From the NCBI GenBank assembly GCA_965662235.1, contig CBFIGY010000004.1, positions 92,373 to 127,670 on the forward strand: a stretch of 35,298 nucleotides of DNA. Reading direction: 5' to 3'. The translations under genes and the position numbers were made by a program. Shown here in pieces: positions 34,666 to 35,298 of this stretch. The notes beneath the pieces were generated by a model, which made no database searches, was not told the DNA's origin, and was given only the letters and a program-made list of their open reading frames with translations. Numbering within the stretch: position 1 is the stretch's first letter; the number at the start of each line of letters is the position of its first letter. This stretch comes from an uncultured bacterium (GTDB lineage Bacteria > SAR324 > NAC60-12).

Positions 34666-35298
34666 TTAGGCGGTAGCGGAGTCCTGCGATTGGTTCCGGA
34701 GGTTCTGGACAAATTCAATGAAGAACACGAGGAAGATACTGGCGAACAGAGAAACCATTCCGGAGAGGACAATGATCAGCAGGGCGCGCGGGCTGGAAGG
34801 CGCTTCAGGAGGACGTGCCACACTGAGCAGCTGAACGGTCTGTGCCTGCCGAGACACCAACTCCGATTTTTTCAGCTCAAGCTGCTTGGAGAGGTCGACG
34901 GCCACTTCCACCGACGATTCGAGCTCTTTCTGCTTCTGGGCAAACTCCTGTTGCCGGAGGGCCTCTTGGTTCTGCTCAACCTGAAGCTCCTTGATGCGGG
35001 TCGCAAGTCGCTCGCGTTGCGTCTCTAGGGGTGCCTGGTTGTTGCCTCCCAGCGCCAAATCCACATCAATTTCAGCCAGACGGTCCTGCATGCTGACGAG
35101 GGTCGGGTTGATGTAGTCAGGGTTCACGACATTGGGGTGCTCTTGGAGGAAGGCCAAGACTTCTTTTAGCTTCAAGGCCCGCTGTTCATCCTGTTGCGCA
35201 AGCTGTGCTTCAAGGAGCCGAATCTCGTTTTGGTAGCGCTCAGAGAGCGAACTCATGGCCCACTGTTCTGCTTTTTGGAGAAAGCTGTTGGCCAGATC
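34666..35298 (-). CDS. Wzz/GNVR-type polysaccharide chain-length determinant, 5'-truncated
   Basis: Coiled coil followed by ARPPEAPSSPR and a C-terminal TM helix (LSGMVSLFASIFLVFFIEF); frame open to the window edge (DLANSFLQKAEQWAM...). Confidence 0.75.
   Translation of the reverse strand, partial: DLANSFLQKAEQWAMSSLSERYQNEIRLLEAQLAQQDEQRALKLKEVLAFLQEHPNVVNPDYINPTLVSMQDRLAEIDVDLALGGNNQAPLETQRERLATRIKELQVEQNQEALRQQEFAQKQKELESSVEVAVDLSKQLELKKSELVSRQAQTVQLLSVARPPEAPSSPRALLIIVLSGMVSLFASIFLVFFIEFVQNLRNQSQDSATA

Noticed and set aside
1..35298. CRISPR arrays, tRNA/rRNA, IS elements, prophage or defence genes
   Set aside because: Intergenic gaps are at most ~300 nt; no spaced direct repeats, cloverleafs, transposase, integrase or defence-nuclease motifs seen by eye.

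Overview
High-GC (roughly 60% by eye) bacterial chromosomal segment from a diderm organism. A marine deltaproteobacterial/SAR324-like origin is only my impression from the gene families. About 27 tightly packed CDSs; I could not recognise any rRNA, tRNA, CRISPR array or mobile element. In order: a 5'-truncated metzincin protease, an FAD-oxidoreductase + SAM-methyltransferase pair, an orphan lutB, msrB + dienelactone hydrolase, an Omp85-like barrel + TolC/MFP/RND + TIGR01777 cluster, and priA. Then a ~15 kb minus-strand run: TRAP dctPQM, mutL, xdhAB, isovaleryl-CoA dehydrogenase, Cys-free glutaredoxin, MurI-like racemase, PMI-like cupin. Last, a CaiB CoA-transferase and a truncated Wzz-like gene. 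Most notable: (i) the palindrome TCCGGA is highly iterated (about 79 copies by manual tally versus about 11 expected from composition), next to a MutL whose endonuclease motifs are degenerate; (ii) the TRAP large permease carries a ~337-aa Cys-bracketed helical C-terminal extension; (iii) a cysteine-free glutaredoxin heads an operon with a divergent racemase and a PMI-like cupin; (iv) an apparently POTRA-less Omp85 barrel sits in front of an RND pump.
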